A stretch of 53,452 bases of DNA, taken from positions 1 through 53,452 of IMG/VR virus record IMGVR_UViG_3300018933_000007; one strand, 5' to 3'. The stretch is from a virus. Taxonomy: Duplodnaviria > Caudoviricetes. Position numbers and translations under genes: made by a program. Numbering within the stretch: the first letter of the stretch is position 1; each line of letters begins with the position of its first letter. This document shows, piece after piece, positions 9,402 to 18,406 of this stretch. Under the pieces are notes generated by a model. That model made no database searches, was not told the origin of the DNA, and worked only from the letters and a program-made list of their open reading frames with translations.

Positions 9402-9488
9402 CACTCAACCCCCGGGAAGGGGGAACCCGGGGGTTGAGTGTGGCGGCCGGAGAACGGAGCCGCGCGAGGGCCCACCACAAACCCTCTT
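9400..9488 (-). ncRNA. Candidate late small RNA with three hairpins
   Basis: Lies between two late-promoter motifs, no credible ORF, three consecutive stems ending in a 15-bp perfect stem. Confidence 0.4.
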
Positions 9489-9522
9489 CACCCCCTAGGT
9501 ACGCGAGCGCCACACGAGACAG
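9488..9522 (-). promoter_or_regulatory. Putative late promoter (candidate sRNA)
   Basis: CTGTC...CCTAGGGGGTGA. Confidence 0.65.
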
Positions 9523-9760
9523 TGCCTGTGGCGCATTTTCTCCTGCGGGGGCAGAATTACTGAAGGTGGGGTTCCAACTACGCGCCGAGTGTGCTTAGGT
9601 GAGAATATGTCACTCCGCCAGACGACATACCGAGCGTCCGCCCGGCAGTGAACCCTCGCCCCTTCGGGGGCGAGGGGCTCACGAGGCCACGACTGCGCGC
9701 CCACACGCGGTTGCAGTGCCCGAGCCGATGGCGACCGCTCCCGAAGTCCCGGTGGGCAAG

Positions 9761-9797
9761 ACGAAGGCCCCCTCGTCCGCAGCGAGGGGGCCTTCGT
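9761..9797 (-). terminator. Terminator after major capsid gene
   Basis: 15-bp perfect stem ACGAAGGCCCCCTCG/CGAGGGGGCCTTCGT followed by CTT on minus strand. Confidence 0.75.
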
Positions 9798-9841
9798 TGA
9801 TGATGCCAGAGCCGGGCCATCCGGGGGCAGCCCGTGGGGAC

Positions 9842-10828
9842 TTACGACTTGACGATCTTCGCCAGGCCGCGCGGGTTGAGGATGAGCATGCTCACCATCT
9901 CGTCGAACACCCAGCCCTTCCAGAAGCTCTCGACCCGGTGGTTCTCCTCGACGTCGAGGCTGTACAGCACCGGGAAGACACCCAGGAACTGGGGGTCCGG
10001 CGTCAGGAACGTCTCGCCCTGCGGGATGACGATCGAGCGCTGGATCTGGAACTCGCCGAAGCTGGTGATGGTCTCACCGGCGACGACGCGGTCCTTGAAG
10101 GCCCAACCGGTCTGGTTGATGTCCCACCGGTACATGTCCCGGTAGTCCATCGGGTTGATCAGGATCCGGCTGGACTGCAGCTCGTGCATGTCGGTCATGG
10201 AGACCGCGCTGTAGAGCGAGCCCGGGGTGAGGTAGCCGGAGGCCTCCGTGATGACGTGGTTCGGTGTGACCGTGTGGTCGGACCGGCCCGCGTAGTCGGA
10301 GATCGCGGCCTGCAGGATGGTGACCAGGCGCGAGTCCTCCTGCTTGAGGATCGCCTGCTTGGTCTCGTCCTGGGCCTGCTCGACGGCGTTGATCCGCAGG
10401 TAGAGCAGGTCTTCCTTGCGGATCGCCGGACGGCTCGCGATGCGGAAGAACCGCACCTGGATCCGCTTGCCTTCGAACGGCGTGATGCGGACCTCGCCGT
10501 CCGTGCCGGACATGATGTACGCCTGTCCGAGGTCGTCCCAGACGTCGTACTCGACCGGCGTACCGGGGGTGCAGGGGTCCTCGACGAGGACGTTGCGCGT
10601 GATGCCCTGGTAGCGCAGCTTGAGCTGGATGGGGCCGATCATGCCGACGCCGAGGCGGCGGATGCCGTTCACCTGGTCGGAGGCGACGGCCTGGAGGCGC
10701 TGGCGCTTGGCCTCGAAGGTGAGGGGCTGGTTACCACGGGCCTCGCGGCGGGCGAGGATCTCGGAGACGTAGTCGTCCGACTTCTTCGCGGTGCGAACGT
10801 GGCCGGTGGCGGCGGGCGCTGCGGTCAT
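9842..10828 (-). CDS. Major capsid protein (HK97 fold, Bxz1-like)
   Basis: 328 aa; GPIQLKLRYQGITRNVLVED, AILKQED and ILNPRGLAKI motifs; follows scaffold and cement genes; strong codon bias. Confidence 0.9.
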   Translation of the reverse strand: MTAAPAATGHVRTAKKSDDYVSEILARREARGNQPLTFEAKRQRLQAVASDQVNGIRRLGVGMIGPIQLKLRYQGITRNVLVEDPCTPGTPVEYDVWDDLGQAYIMSGTDGEVRITPFEGKRIQVRFFRIASRPAIRKEDLLYLRINAVEQAQDETKQAILKQEDSRLVTILQAAISDYAGRSDHTVTPNHVITEASGYLTPGSLYSAVSMTDMHELQSSRILINPMDYRDMYRWDINQTGWAFKDRVVAGETITSFGEFQIQRSIVIPQGETFLTPDPQFLGVFPVLYSLDVEENHRVESFWKGWVFDEMVSMLILNPRGLAKIVKS

Positions 10829-10862
10829 GGTGAGTTGAGTCCTCTCGCTCGGCTCAGGCGCG

Positions 10863-11375
10863 TCAGCGCAGTCCGCCGATGGTGATCTTGGACGGGGAGT
10901 TGACCTTGACCAGGCGGGCGACCGGCTGGGCGGAGATCGCCGTGGCGACCGCGCCGTTGGTGGCGAGTGCGAGCTTGCCCCGGCCGGTACCGGCGGTGAT
11001 CGCGTAGACGAGGCGCTCGGTGGTGCCGTTCGGCTCCGTCCAGGCCTGGGTGTCGTCGAACGCGGGGGCGAGGATCTCGAACTCGGCGTCCGAGCCCAGG
11101 ACCCACACCGACGTGGCGTTGACGCCGACGTCGAGCATCGGGTCGAAGCCGTCGCCGCCGACGTAGTCACCGGCGAGGCCGTAGGGCACGCCGTTGGCGC
11201 CGATCAGGCTGACTCGCTCACCGCCGGTCTGGGCCAGGACCATGCCCGGGTAGATGAGGACGCTGCGGTCCCACGCCGGGTCCAGGAAAACGGACTTGGG
11301 GGTTGCCTGCGTCCATGCGTAGAGAGGACGGAGGGTCCTCTTGATGTGAGCGAGGTTTGCCCGCACGCGGATCAT
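10863..11375 (-). CDS. Putative capsid cement/decoration protein
   Basis: 170 aa between scaffold and MCP; IYPGMVL motif; own late promoter. Confidence 0.7.
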   Translation of the reverse strand: MIRVRANLAHIKRTLRPLYAWTQATPKSVFLDPAWDRSVLIYPGMVLAQTGGERVSLIGANGVPYGLAGDYVGGDGFDPMLDVGVNATSVWVLGSDAEFEILAPAFDDTQAWTEPNGTTERLVYAITAGTGRGKLALATNGAVATAISAQPVARLVKVNSPSKITIGGLR

Positions 11376-11428
11376 GTGTTCCGCCCTCCAGTGGGTCTCG
11401 GCTGGCCGCCGGGACCGGCAGGCCGTCT

Positions 11429-11463
11429 TCACCCCCTAGGCGCGGGCACCAGGTACGAGACAG
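11429..11463 (-). promoter_or_regulatory. Putative late promoter (cement/capsid)
   Basis: CTGTC...CCTAGGGGGTGA. Confidence 0.7.
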
Positions 11464-11493
11464 TGCTCAACGGCAAGGAATTTCTCCGGACAT

Positions 11494-11530
11494 GACGAAG
11501 GGCCCGGCGGGGAGTGCCGGGCCCTTCGTC
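11494..11530 (-). terminator. Terminator after scaffold gene
   Basis: 15-bp perfect stem GACGAAGGGCCCGGC/GCCGGGCCCTTCGTC. Confidence 0.7.
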
Positions 11531-11539
11531 GGCAGGGGG

Positions 11540-12409
11540 TCAGTCGAACAGGTCGCCGAGCCCGTCGTCGCCGCCGAGAGGGGCCGCCGAGGCGGTCGCC
11601 TGAGAGGCGAGCGACGGCGCCACACGCTCCGCGCTGCGGGTGGCGACGCGGCCGTTGGCCGGGACGACGGTACGGGCCGTCGCGGACTTCACGACACCGG
11701 CCAGGACGCCGATCTCGTGATTGATGACCGCGTCGGTGAGGCTCGCGTCGGCCTCCAGCCGGGCGGCGACGGAGAGGTCATCGCCGGAGGCGGTACCGGC
11801 CTGGATCCGCAGGCGGGCCAGGCGCAGGCAGGCGTGGGTCCGGCTCGGCGTCGGAGCGGAGCCGCCGCCCGTCTGGGACATCTCGCCGTCCTTCGGGGGA
11901 GCCGAGTTGGACTGGTTGTCGCTGATGGTCCAGGGGAAGGCGACCTCGGGCTGCATCGGGTCCATGGCGCGGACGTCCGTCTCGATGCGCATGGACTCCG
12001 GCGGCGTGGTGGCCACGTCGAGGTGCCCGGAGACCGGGGCGGTGACGTCCTGCAGGTTGCCGTACGGCTCGGCCGGGAGGGTTCCGCCCGGGGTGAGGGC
12101 GGTGTCGGTCGCGGCAGCCGGGACACCGGCGGTGGAGTTCCCGGTCTGTCCGGGCGCCCTCACGTCGTCGTTGGTCTCCGGGGTCGCGGCCTGCTCGGTG
12201 GTCTCGGACGGCGCCTGCGGGGCGGGGTCCGGGATCGGCTGGGCCGGGTTGGCGATGTCGGCCGTCTTGGCGAGGGACTCGACCTCGCTGGTGACACCAG
12301 CCAGACGGGCGATCAGCGCGATCTGCTGACCCTGGACGGCCAGCTGCTTGCGCTGCTCGTCGATGACGGCCTGCTGGGCCTGCAGCGCTGCCATGAGCGG
12401 TCGGCTCAT
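11540..12409 (-). CDS. Putative scaffolding protein
   Basis: N-terminal coiled coil, Pro/Thr-rich disordered middle, acidic-hydrophobic end (DDGLGDLFD); lies between protease and cement; AAGGAG RBS. Confidence 0.65.
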   Translation of the reverse strand: MSRPLMAALQAQQAVIDEQRKQLAVQGQQIALIARLAGVTSEVESLAKTADIANPAQPIPDPAPQAPSETTEQAATPETNDDVRAPGQTGNSTAGVPAAATDTALTPGGTLPAEPYGNLQDVTAPVSGHLDVATTPPESMRIETDVRAMDPMQPEVAFPWTISDNQSNSAPPKDGEMSQTGGGSAPTPSRTHACLRLARLRIQAGTASGDDLSVAARLEADASLTDAVINHEIGVLAGVVKSATARTVVPANGRVATRSAERVAPSLASQATASAAPLGGDDGLGDLFD

Positions 12410-12472
12410 ACTGGGCACTCCTTCAAAGCCTTCGGGGCTCACGACGGCTGCCGTGGGCATGTCTTCACTGGT

Positions 12473-14950
12473 TCAGCTCCAGGCGGGCTTCTCGACAGCA
12501 GGCGCCTTGGAGTAGTTCGAGTTGACCTCGCCGGGGGTCAGGAGCTGAGCGCGCTGGCAGCTCGGGCAGACGTCTCCGGCGACGATGCCGTCGGCCGCCG
12601 CGCCGGGGTTGCCCATGTCCTGGGTCTGCGGCGGGGTGGCGTCGGCGCCGAACCCGCAGCTCGGGCAGAACAGATCCGCGACGCCGTCGCCGGGCTGGCC
12701 CAGCATCGGTGCCGGTGCCATGCCGTAGGGCGCATCGTCCTGATCGAGCTTCTCGTTCGGGTTGCTCGGCTCGTCCGGCCGGTAGGGCATGTCCGGTCCC
12801 GGGGTGAACGGGTCGCCGGTGCGGTCCTTGCCCCAGCCGGGCAGCTCACGGGGGCCGACCTGCCCACCCTGCTCCGGGTCGGCCATGCCCCGCTGGACGT
12901 TGACGTTGCCGTCGGGGTCGATCTCGTCCGGCTGGATCATGCCGTCACCATTGCGGTCGGAGACGGCCGGGCCGCCGCGCTGAGTGCCGTCGAGAGCCTG
13001 ATCCCCGAACGGGGACGGCGGCAGGCCGTTCTCGTCGAGCTGCTCGGCGTCGACCATCTGCGGGTCGCCCTCACCCATCGGCTGCCCGTCCGGGCCCAGC
13101 TGCTGCTCTTCGCCGCCGGGGACCGCCTCCTCGCCCTGCGGCATGGCGTTGCCGCTCTGGTCCACCCGCTGCAGCTCGCCGTTGTTGTCGATCAGGGTGG
13201 GGTCGACGATCTGCTTGCGCAGGTCGAGCTGCTTGGCCTTGTCCAGGTCCGGGTCGCGGAACTGCTCCGGCGGGTTGATGAACCCACAGATCTGGCACTG
13301 GATACCGTCGAAGGTGTCCTTGTCTCCGCAGACCGGGCAGTCTTCCTCGCGGAGGGTGTCGACGTCGGCGGGCGCCTTGATCTCTCCGTAGGCATGAGCA
13401 CGGATCGTGCCGTCGTCGTTGATGTACGTGGCGTCAATGAGTAGCGCTTGGCGGCTGCCGAACAGCTTCTGCTGCTCCCACTGAGGACCGGAGACGGGCG
13501 GCTGCGCCGCCGGGGCCTTCTTGGCTCGGGGTGGGTTCCAGCGGACGGTGTCCGCGCCGTGGTAGGGCGCCTTGTCGCCGTAGCCGGAAGGCGTGCGAGG
13601 GAACGGGGACTTGGCGACGTAGGCGGGCACCGTCTTCATCCCGGCGGCCTTGGCGCCCTCGGCCCGGTGGTGACCGTCGGCGACCTGGAAGACGCCGTGC
13701 CGGTGCACCAGAACCAGCGGGGGGACCTGGTCGGGGTTGGTCCGGTAGCCCTCGGCTGCGTAGCGCACGCGGCCGTCGTTCTCGCCGCCGTGGCGCTTGT
13801 GGTCGATGGTGTACGGGTCGACGTGCTGCAGGTGGAACGTCAGGTCGTGGACGCTGTGCCCCTCGGCGTCCGGGTCGTCTGGGCGGCTGTGTGCCAGGTG
13901 ATTCGCAGCGTCGCCGATGCCCCAGCCGTCGGCTCCCGCTGCGGCCTCGCCGTGCACCTCCGGGTCGCCGTAGATGTGGGGGTGCCGGGCGCCGATCTCG
14001 TCCCAGGAGAAGCCGTGGGCAGCTTCCTTCCGGCTTGCTGTTGTCTGCAGGCTGTTGAGGCTCGGCTTCAGCGTCGGGCTGTACGGACGGGTCTGGGTGA
14101 CGGCGTCCTGACGGCGCTTCCGGTCACCCGGGGTTCCCTCGTTCGGCACACGCGGAGCTGCGGGCGCGGGGCGCTCGGCGGGCTGGGAGAGCTTCGGCGG
14201 CGTGACGGGCTGGATATCCTCGTCGTCGTCCTCCTCCAGGTCGTCCGAGTCGAAGTCGGCCGGGTTGAACTCGGCGGTCTTCGCGGCGGCCTTGCCGATG
14301 CCGGAGGCGTCCACGCCGAGGAAGTGAGCGGTCGGGTCGGCAGGAGGCTCAACGAGCACGCTGTTCTCGAAGAAGCGCAGGCCGTAGCAGGTCTCGCGGA
14401 CGAGCTCGCCGACCTTCTTGCCGCCAGCGGTCCGGCGGTAGATCCGCTTGCCCTTCAGGTGGGGGATGTGGGAGCAGTACTCGGCAGGCGTGCGGGCCTC
14501 GTTGCCGCAGGCGGAGCACACCGAGCGTTCGACGTCGCAGCCCATGGAGGTTCGGTCGACTTCACCAGCGAGGATCGCCTTGGCCAGCTTCGGGAAGCGG
14601 ACGGCGTCGATCTCCATGAGGACCTCGGCCCAGGTGTCCGGCGTGCCGTCGGGGTTGCGGTCCTGGTGGAGGGCGGCGTCGATGATGACGCCCCGGGCGC
14701 GCCGGTGGTTGTCGTTGACGTGGTTCACGAAGACCGGTTTGCCGATGAAGGTCCGGTAGGCCTTCTCGATCTCGCTGGAGGGGAACTCGTCGAAGTTGTC
14801 GTTGCACCTTGAGCTGATCGCGCGGCTGCGTACGTACAGGTAGCCGGGACGGGCCTCGTACTGGAAGACCGCGCGGTGGGCTGCCCTGGTGATGCGCTTC
14901 TGGTCGCCGAGCGACGCGGCGATGATCTGGGCCGTGGCGAACTTCAGCAC
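12473..14950 (-). CDS. Prohead maturation protease polyprotein with internal ParB/Srx-like domain and Zn ribbons
   Basis: GKPVFVNH, TSMGC, CSACG..CSH and FFENS.LV.PPADP protease-type motifs; PPLVLV...VADGHHR ParB-N motif; CPVCG, CQICG, CPSCG; GTG start with GGAGGA RBS. Confidence 0.8.
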   Translation of the reverse strand: MLKFATAQIIAASLGDQKRITRAAHRAVFQYEARPGYLYVRSRAISSRCNDNFDEFPSSEIEKAYRTFIGKPVFVNHVNDNHRRARGVIIDAALHQDRNPDGTPDTWAEVLMEIDAVRFPKLAKAILAGEVDRTSMGCDVERSVCSACGNEARTPAEYCSHIPHLKGKRIYRRTAGGKKVGELVRETCYGLRFFENSVLVEPPADPTAHFLGVDASGIGKAAAKTAEFNPADFDSDDLEEDDDEDIQPVTPPKLSQPAERPAPAAPRVPNEGTPGDRKRRQDAVTQTRPYSPTLKPSLNSLQTTASRKEAAHGFSWDEIGARHPHIYGDPEVHGEAAAGADGWGIGDAANHLAHSRPDDPDAEGHSVHDLTFHLQHVDPYTIDHKRHGGENDGRVRYAAEGYRTNPDQVPPLVLVHRHGVFQVADGHHRAEGAKAAGMKTVPAYVAKSPFPRTPSGYGDKAPYHGADTVRWNPPRAKKAPAAQPPVSGPQWEQQKLFGSRQALLIDATYINDDGTIRAHAYGEIKAPADVDTLREEDCPVCGDKDTFDGIQCQICGFINPPEQFRDPDLDKAKQLDLRKQIVDPTLIDNNGELQRVDQSGNAMPQGEEAVPGGEEQQLGPDGQPMGEGDPQMVDAEQLDENGLPPSPFGDQALDGTQRGGPAVSDRNGDGMIQPDEIDPDGNVNVQRGMADPEQGGQVGPRELPGWGKDRTGDPFTPGPDMPYRPDEPSNPNEKLDQDDAPYGMAPAPMLGQPGDGVADLFCPSCGFGADATPPQTQDMGNPGAAADGIVAGDVCPSCQRAQLLTPGEVNSNYSKAPAVEKPAWS

Positions 14951-14989
14951 CGGGGTCCTCCTGTGCGGGCGGCGGCGCGTGGTGCGCCC

Positions 14990-15024
14990 TCGCCCCTTGG
15001 GGCGGCCCGGTGAGGGAGGAACAG
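14990..15024 (-). promoter_or_regulatory. Putative late promoter (protease)
   Basis: CTGTT...CCAAGGGGCGA. Confidence 0.65.
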
Positions 15025-15277
15025 GAAGAGGGGTCAGCGGCAACCTTGTGGCGCCCGGCGGCAACGTATGGGCGACGAAGTTGTGTAGAAGCGGTGGACG
15101 AGGGAAGCCGATGGCCAGGTGTGAGGCAGAATCCAGGTCAAGCGTCCGGTTTTTGCGGCCCGCCGGATGGGGGATGTTGCTCTCTTTGGCGACAAATAGA
15201 CTTTTTAAAGATTTGCCGCTACCGTTCACCCGGTGCGTCGTTGATCCGATGTGACGCCCGTAGACCAGCAAAGAAGA

Positions 15278-15325
15278 GGACCCCGGCCGACCTTCCTGGC
15301 GAGGAAGTGTGGTCGGCCGGGGTCC
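15278..15325 (-). terminator. Terminator after holin-like gene
   Basis: 15-bp stem GGACCCCGGCCGACC/GGTCGGCCGGGGTCC followed by TCTTCTTT on minus strand. Confidence 0.75.
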
Positions 15326-15357
15326 GGCTCCGGTCTACGTCAGCTGTAGATGGCGGT

Positions 15358-15744
15358 CTACTGCCGGTCGTCCGGAGGGGTATCCGACGTGGCGGTCGCC
15401 GGATCTGCGCTGGTCTTGCGGTGCCGTCCCGTGTAGGTCGGCTTGGCGGTGGAGCCGAGGAGCAGGCCCGCGAGTGGCCAGCGGGATTGAAGAGCATCTG
15501 CCACGAGCCAGTAGACCCCGGTCAGGAGGCCGGTCAGCGCGAAGCTGATCTCGCTCTCCCACTCGGCGGGCACCGTGATGTTGTGCGTGGCGGCGAAGGA
15601 CAGGGCGGCTCCGACGATCGCCGGGACCACGGTGCGCACAAGGCCGGGAGTGGCCATGGTGACTCCTCGGGCAGGGGACAGGGTCTTCTCGTCCCTTGCT
15701 GCCAGAGCCGTGTCCGCAGACAGGAGGTCGGCGGTCATGGCCAT
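15358..15744 (-). CDS. Putative holin-like membrane protein
   Basis: VRTVVPAIVG...GVYW...L..RWP..GLLLG...PTY with two TM segments, as in actinophage holin-like proteins; GGAGGA RBS. Confidence 0.55.
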   Translation of the reverse strand: MAMTADLLSADTALAARDEKTLSPARGVTMATPGLVRTVVPAIVGAALSFAATHNITVPAEWESEISFALTGLLTGVYWLVADALQSRWPLAGLLLGSTAKPTYTGRHRKTSADPATATSDTPPDDRQ

Positions 15745-15816
15745 AAGTCGTCCTCCCCCGTCAGTCAGCCGCTGTCCGTTCGCTGCGCTGATCGTATGAC
15801 GACAGGTGGGGGCGGT

Positions 15817-15862
15817 GTCAACTTCAGCGACGCTTGCACCCTTATGCGTCGCTGAAGTTGAC
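15817..15862. promoter_or_regulatory. 17-bp inverted repeat operator in divergent promoter region
   Basis: GTCAACTTCAGCGACGC-N12-GCGTCGCTGAAGTTGAC, perfect. Confidence 0.65.
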
Positions 15863-15928
15863 GAGTCGCGCTAGGATCGGGGCGCATGAGTCGAGTTTTT
15901 CGTAACACGACATATCAAGGGGGGCATC

Positions 15929-16507
15929 GTGTCGCTTGCAGCCAAGATCCGGCGCTTGATTGATCTCAGGCGCGATCCTGACGGAGAGACCTACCCGATC
16001 AGTACGATCGCCAGCGAGGCCTCAAGGTTGTACCGCGAACGCCAGATTCTTGCGAGGCGCGAGCAACTCCGCGCCGCAGGCGCCAGCGCGCTGGAGATCG
16101 AGCACGAGACTGACCGGATCCGTCAGGAGAAGGACGTCCTCAACCGCTCGTATCTGAGCGAGCTGAAGGACGGGAAGCGGACGAACCCGACGTACAACGT
16201 CATCGAGGCCCTCAGTCTCTTCTTTCAGGTGAGCCCCGCCTACTTCTTCGTCGGCCCTGCTGCGACGCAGGAGACGGAGCGCGCCGAGAAGGATGTGGAA
16301 CTTGTCGCGGAGACCGTGAAGATGCTCCGCCACTTGACTTCCGCTACCAAGAGTGACGATGAAGACGTAAGCGGTGATGACGAAGTGGCTCAGCTTTTCG
16401 GGGCCTTGGCGCGGGGCGGTCAACAGGGTGATCCCAAGCAGGTCATCAACGTTCTACGGCTCGCTGTCGCCGCTCTACCCCCAACCGCCAAAGAGCCGGA
16501 TGAGTAG
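15929..16507 (+). CDS. XRE-family (EspR-like) HTH regulator
   Basis: LNRSYLSELKDGKRTNPTYNVIEALSLFFQVSPAYFF. Confidence 0.85.
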   Translation: MSLAAKIRRLIDLRRDPDGETYPISTIASEASRLYRERQILARREQLRAAGASALEIEHETDRIRQEKDVLNRSYLSELKDGKRTNPTYNVIEALSLFFQVSPAYFFVGPAATQETERAEKDVELVAETVKMLRHLTSATKSDDEDVSGDDEVAQLFGALARGGQQGDPKQVINVLRLAVAALPPTAKEPDE

Positions 16508-16512
16508 GCTGC

Positions 16513-17124
16513 TTGTCACCCCCGTGCCTTACGCTGAGTGGCGTAACTGGCGAACTAAGTGATCAACCGGGGGCGTGGATGGGACTGATGCGGAACCGGA
16601 GCGGACTGAAGGGGACCTGGGAGGAGGCCCTGTCAGGCCTCGCGCTTCCCGCTTCTCACTGGACCGTTGAGGACCTGCTGCGCGCCTACGTGGAGCAGGT
16701 GCGTGGTCGCAAGCTCATTCTGAGCCGAGATCAGCAAGTAGCCTCGCCGACCGGACCGAGCGGCATGTGGTTCCCCGGACCTGACGCCGACCTTGTCTGG
16801 GCACACCCCTCCGCGACGGGCGTTCAGTACGACCACGTCCTCGGACACGAACTCGGCCACATGATCAACGGCGACGAGCCCGATAAGCTCGACCTCGCCA
16901 GCGCCGTACGCCTCCTGCTGAGTGCGTCTGGAAGCGCGTCTGGCCTCATGCAGGCCGCCCTTGTCTCAGCAGGAGTGCGGTGCCGGACCGACGGCACGAG
17001 CAGCGAAGAACGCGAGCGCAAGGCCGAAAACTTCAGCTACTACGTCGAGCAGTGGGTGACACGGAACCGCCCCCGTGGAGCGACCCTCCTTGAGGCGAAC
17101 ATGCGAGCAAGTCTCGACACCTGA
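16513..17124 (+). CDS. ImmA/IrrE-like HExxH regulator component
   Basis: GPSGMW, HVLGHELGHM and EERERKAE motifs; true start may be near 16578. Confidence 0.75.
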   Translation: MSPPCLTLSGVTGELSDQPGAWMGLMRNRSGLKGTWEEALSGLALPASHWTVEDLLRAYVEQVRGRKLILSRDQQVASPTGPSGMWFPGPDADLVWAHPSATGVQYDHVLGHELGHMINGDEPDKLDLASAVRLLLSASGSASGLMQAALVSAGVRCRTDGTSSEERERKAENFSYYVEQWVTRNRPRGATLLEANMRASLDT

Positions 17125-17137
17125 GAGATGAGAACTG

Positions 17138-18406
17138 GTGACCGCCACACCTGACCTTCGTGCATGGATCGTCGTCGCCCTGTTGACCGCAGAGGTCATC
17201 CGGCGCTTTCCCGCCTCCCGTCGCAACCCTCGGAGCAGGACCCTCTGGTTGGTCTTCCTGACCCTCGACATCTCGATGGTCACGATGCTCCAGCCTGTGG
17301 GCAACTTCCTGTACCACCTCACAGGTGTGAACGAGGTCGCCACCCTCACCAAGCACCTCACCGGGGTCGCCGCCGTGGCCTTCCTCCTGCGCTGGGTCAC
17401 CGACGTCGTCCCCGGCCGCATGGACGGCCGCCGCGAACCCACCTACAGGCGCCTCATCAGCAGCAACCCCCGACGTATCGCCACCTGGCTCGCCGTCATC
17501 GTCACCACCGCCGTCTTCCCTCTGGCTCACCGCCGCTCCGGCAACGAAGAGGACGCGGAGTTCATCTTCATCCAGGCGGGCCACTTCTGGGGCAGCCTCC
17601 ATATGCTGCTCTTCTACGCCTACCTGATCTTCGGCCTGGTCTGCGCCGCCCTGATGTGCGCAGATGCCTCTCGCGCCGCCGCACCTGGAGCCTTCAAGTA
17701 CGGCATGCAGGCCATCGCGCTGGGCTGCTCCATCGGCGCCCTGTACGGCATCCTGCGCTCCGGCTACCTGATCGCCCGCCTCTTCGGCAAGCCGTTCCTC
17801 GGAGGCGACGTCTTCGTGGACGTCGCCTCCAACTTCTGCCTCGTGACCTGCATCATCCTCGTCGTCTGCGGCGGCGCCGCCCCGAAGTGGGAGAGCATCG
17901 GCCAAAGGGTGAAGGCCCACGGCGCCGTCAACGACCTACGCCCCCTCTGGGTACACCTGACCAGCGCAGCACCCAGCGTCATCTACACCGACGGCCCCGC
18001 CCACCGGCGCCCCGGCCGGGCGAAGATCCTCACCGGCCGCCTGTACGACTTCTGGAACTGGAGGAACCTGGAGACGCGACTGCGGACGCGCATCCAGGAG
18101 ATCCTCGACGCAGGGAACATCGCCCTCGCCCCGTACGTGCCACCCTCCCTGCGCCAGCGCGCCGAGAAGGTGGGGCACGAACTGAGACTGCCCCAGTACG
18201 TGGTCACGGCCTACCTCTTGCACGAGGCCATCCGGCGGAAGCAGGCCGAAGAGCAACCCTTCGACGGCGAACCCAACGCACTCCTGTCGGCTGGTGACGA
18301 CCTCCTCAGTACCACCAACCGACTGCTCCCCGTCGGCCGCGCGCTGAACGACACCGCAGCTCTGGGGCTCCTCAACCGCAGGCTTACGACTGGAGTTCAG
18401 GCGTGA
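17138..18406 (+). CDS. MAB_1171c-like multi-pass membrane protein
   Basis: About 7 TM helices followed by LRPLW..L and EI.D motifs; canonical third gene of the XRE/HExxH triad. Confidence 0.75.
   Translation: MTATPDLRAWIVVALLTAEVIRRFPASRRNPRSRTLWLVFLTLDISMVTMLQPVGNFLYHLTGVNEVATLTKHLTGVAAVAFLLRWVTDVVPGRMDGRREPTYRRLISSNPRRIATWLAVIVTTAVFPLAHRRSGNEEDAEFIFIQAGHFWGSLHMLLFYAYLIFGLVCAALMCADASRAAAPGAFKYGMQAIALGCSIGALYGILRSGYLIARLFGKPFLGGDVFVDVASNFCLVTCIILVVCGGAAPKWESIGQRVKAHGAVNDLRPLWVHLTSAAPSVIYTDGPAHRRPGRAKILTGRLYDFWNWRNLETRLRTRIQEILDAGNIALAPYVPPSLRQRAEKVGHELRLPQYVVTAYLLHEAIRRKQAEEQPFDGEPNALLSAGDDLLSTTNRLLPVGRALNDTAALGLLNRRLTTGVQA

Noticed and set aside
11357-13444. Long plus-strand ORFs (also 442-2004, 24390-26198, 26792-28639, 31333-33633, 34495-36357)
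   Set aside because: Antisense shadows of high-GC3 minus-strand genes; no recognisable motifs or RBS
13440-14050. Intein or partitioning ParB in the protease
   Set aside because: No Cys/Ser start or terminal His-Asn splice motifs; no HTH or dimerisation domain, and no parA nearby
15100-15200. c-di-AMP (ydaO) riboswitch suggested by GAATCC
   Set aside because: The remaining conserved elements are missing and no co-oriented gene lies directly downstream
14951-15271. N-terminal extensions of track ORFs (12473-15271, 9842-11170, 8951-9478, 2367-3359, 21722-23272, 19451-21715)
   Set aside because: They run through promoters, hairpins or other genes; internal starts have clear RBSs
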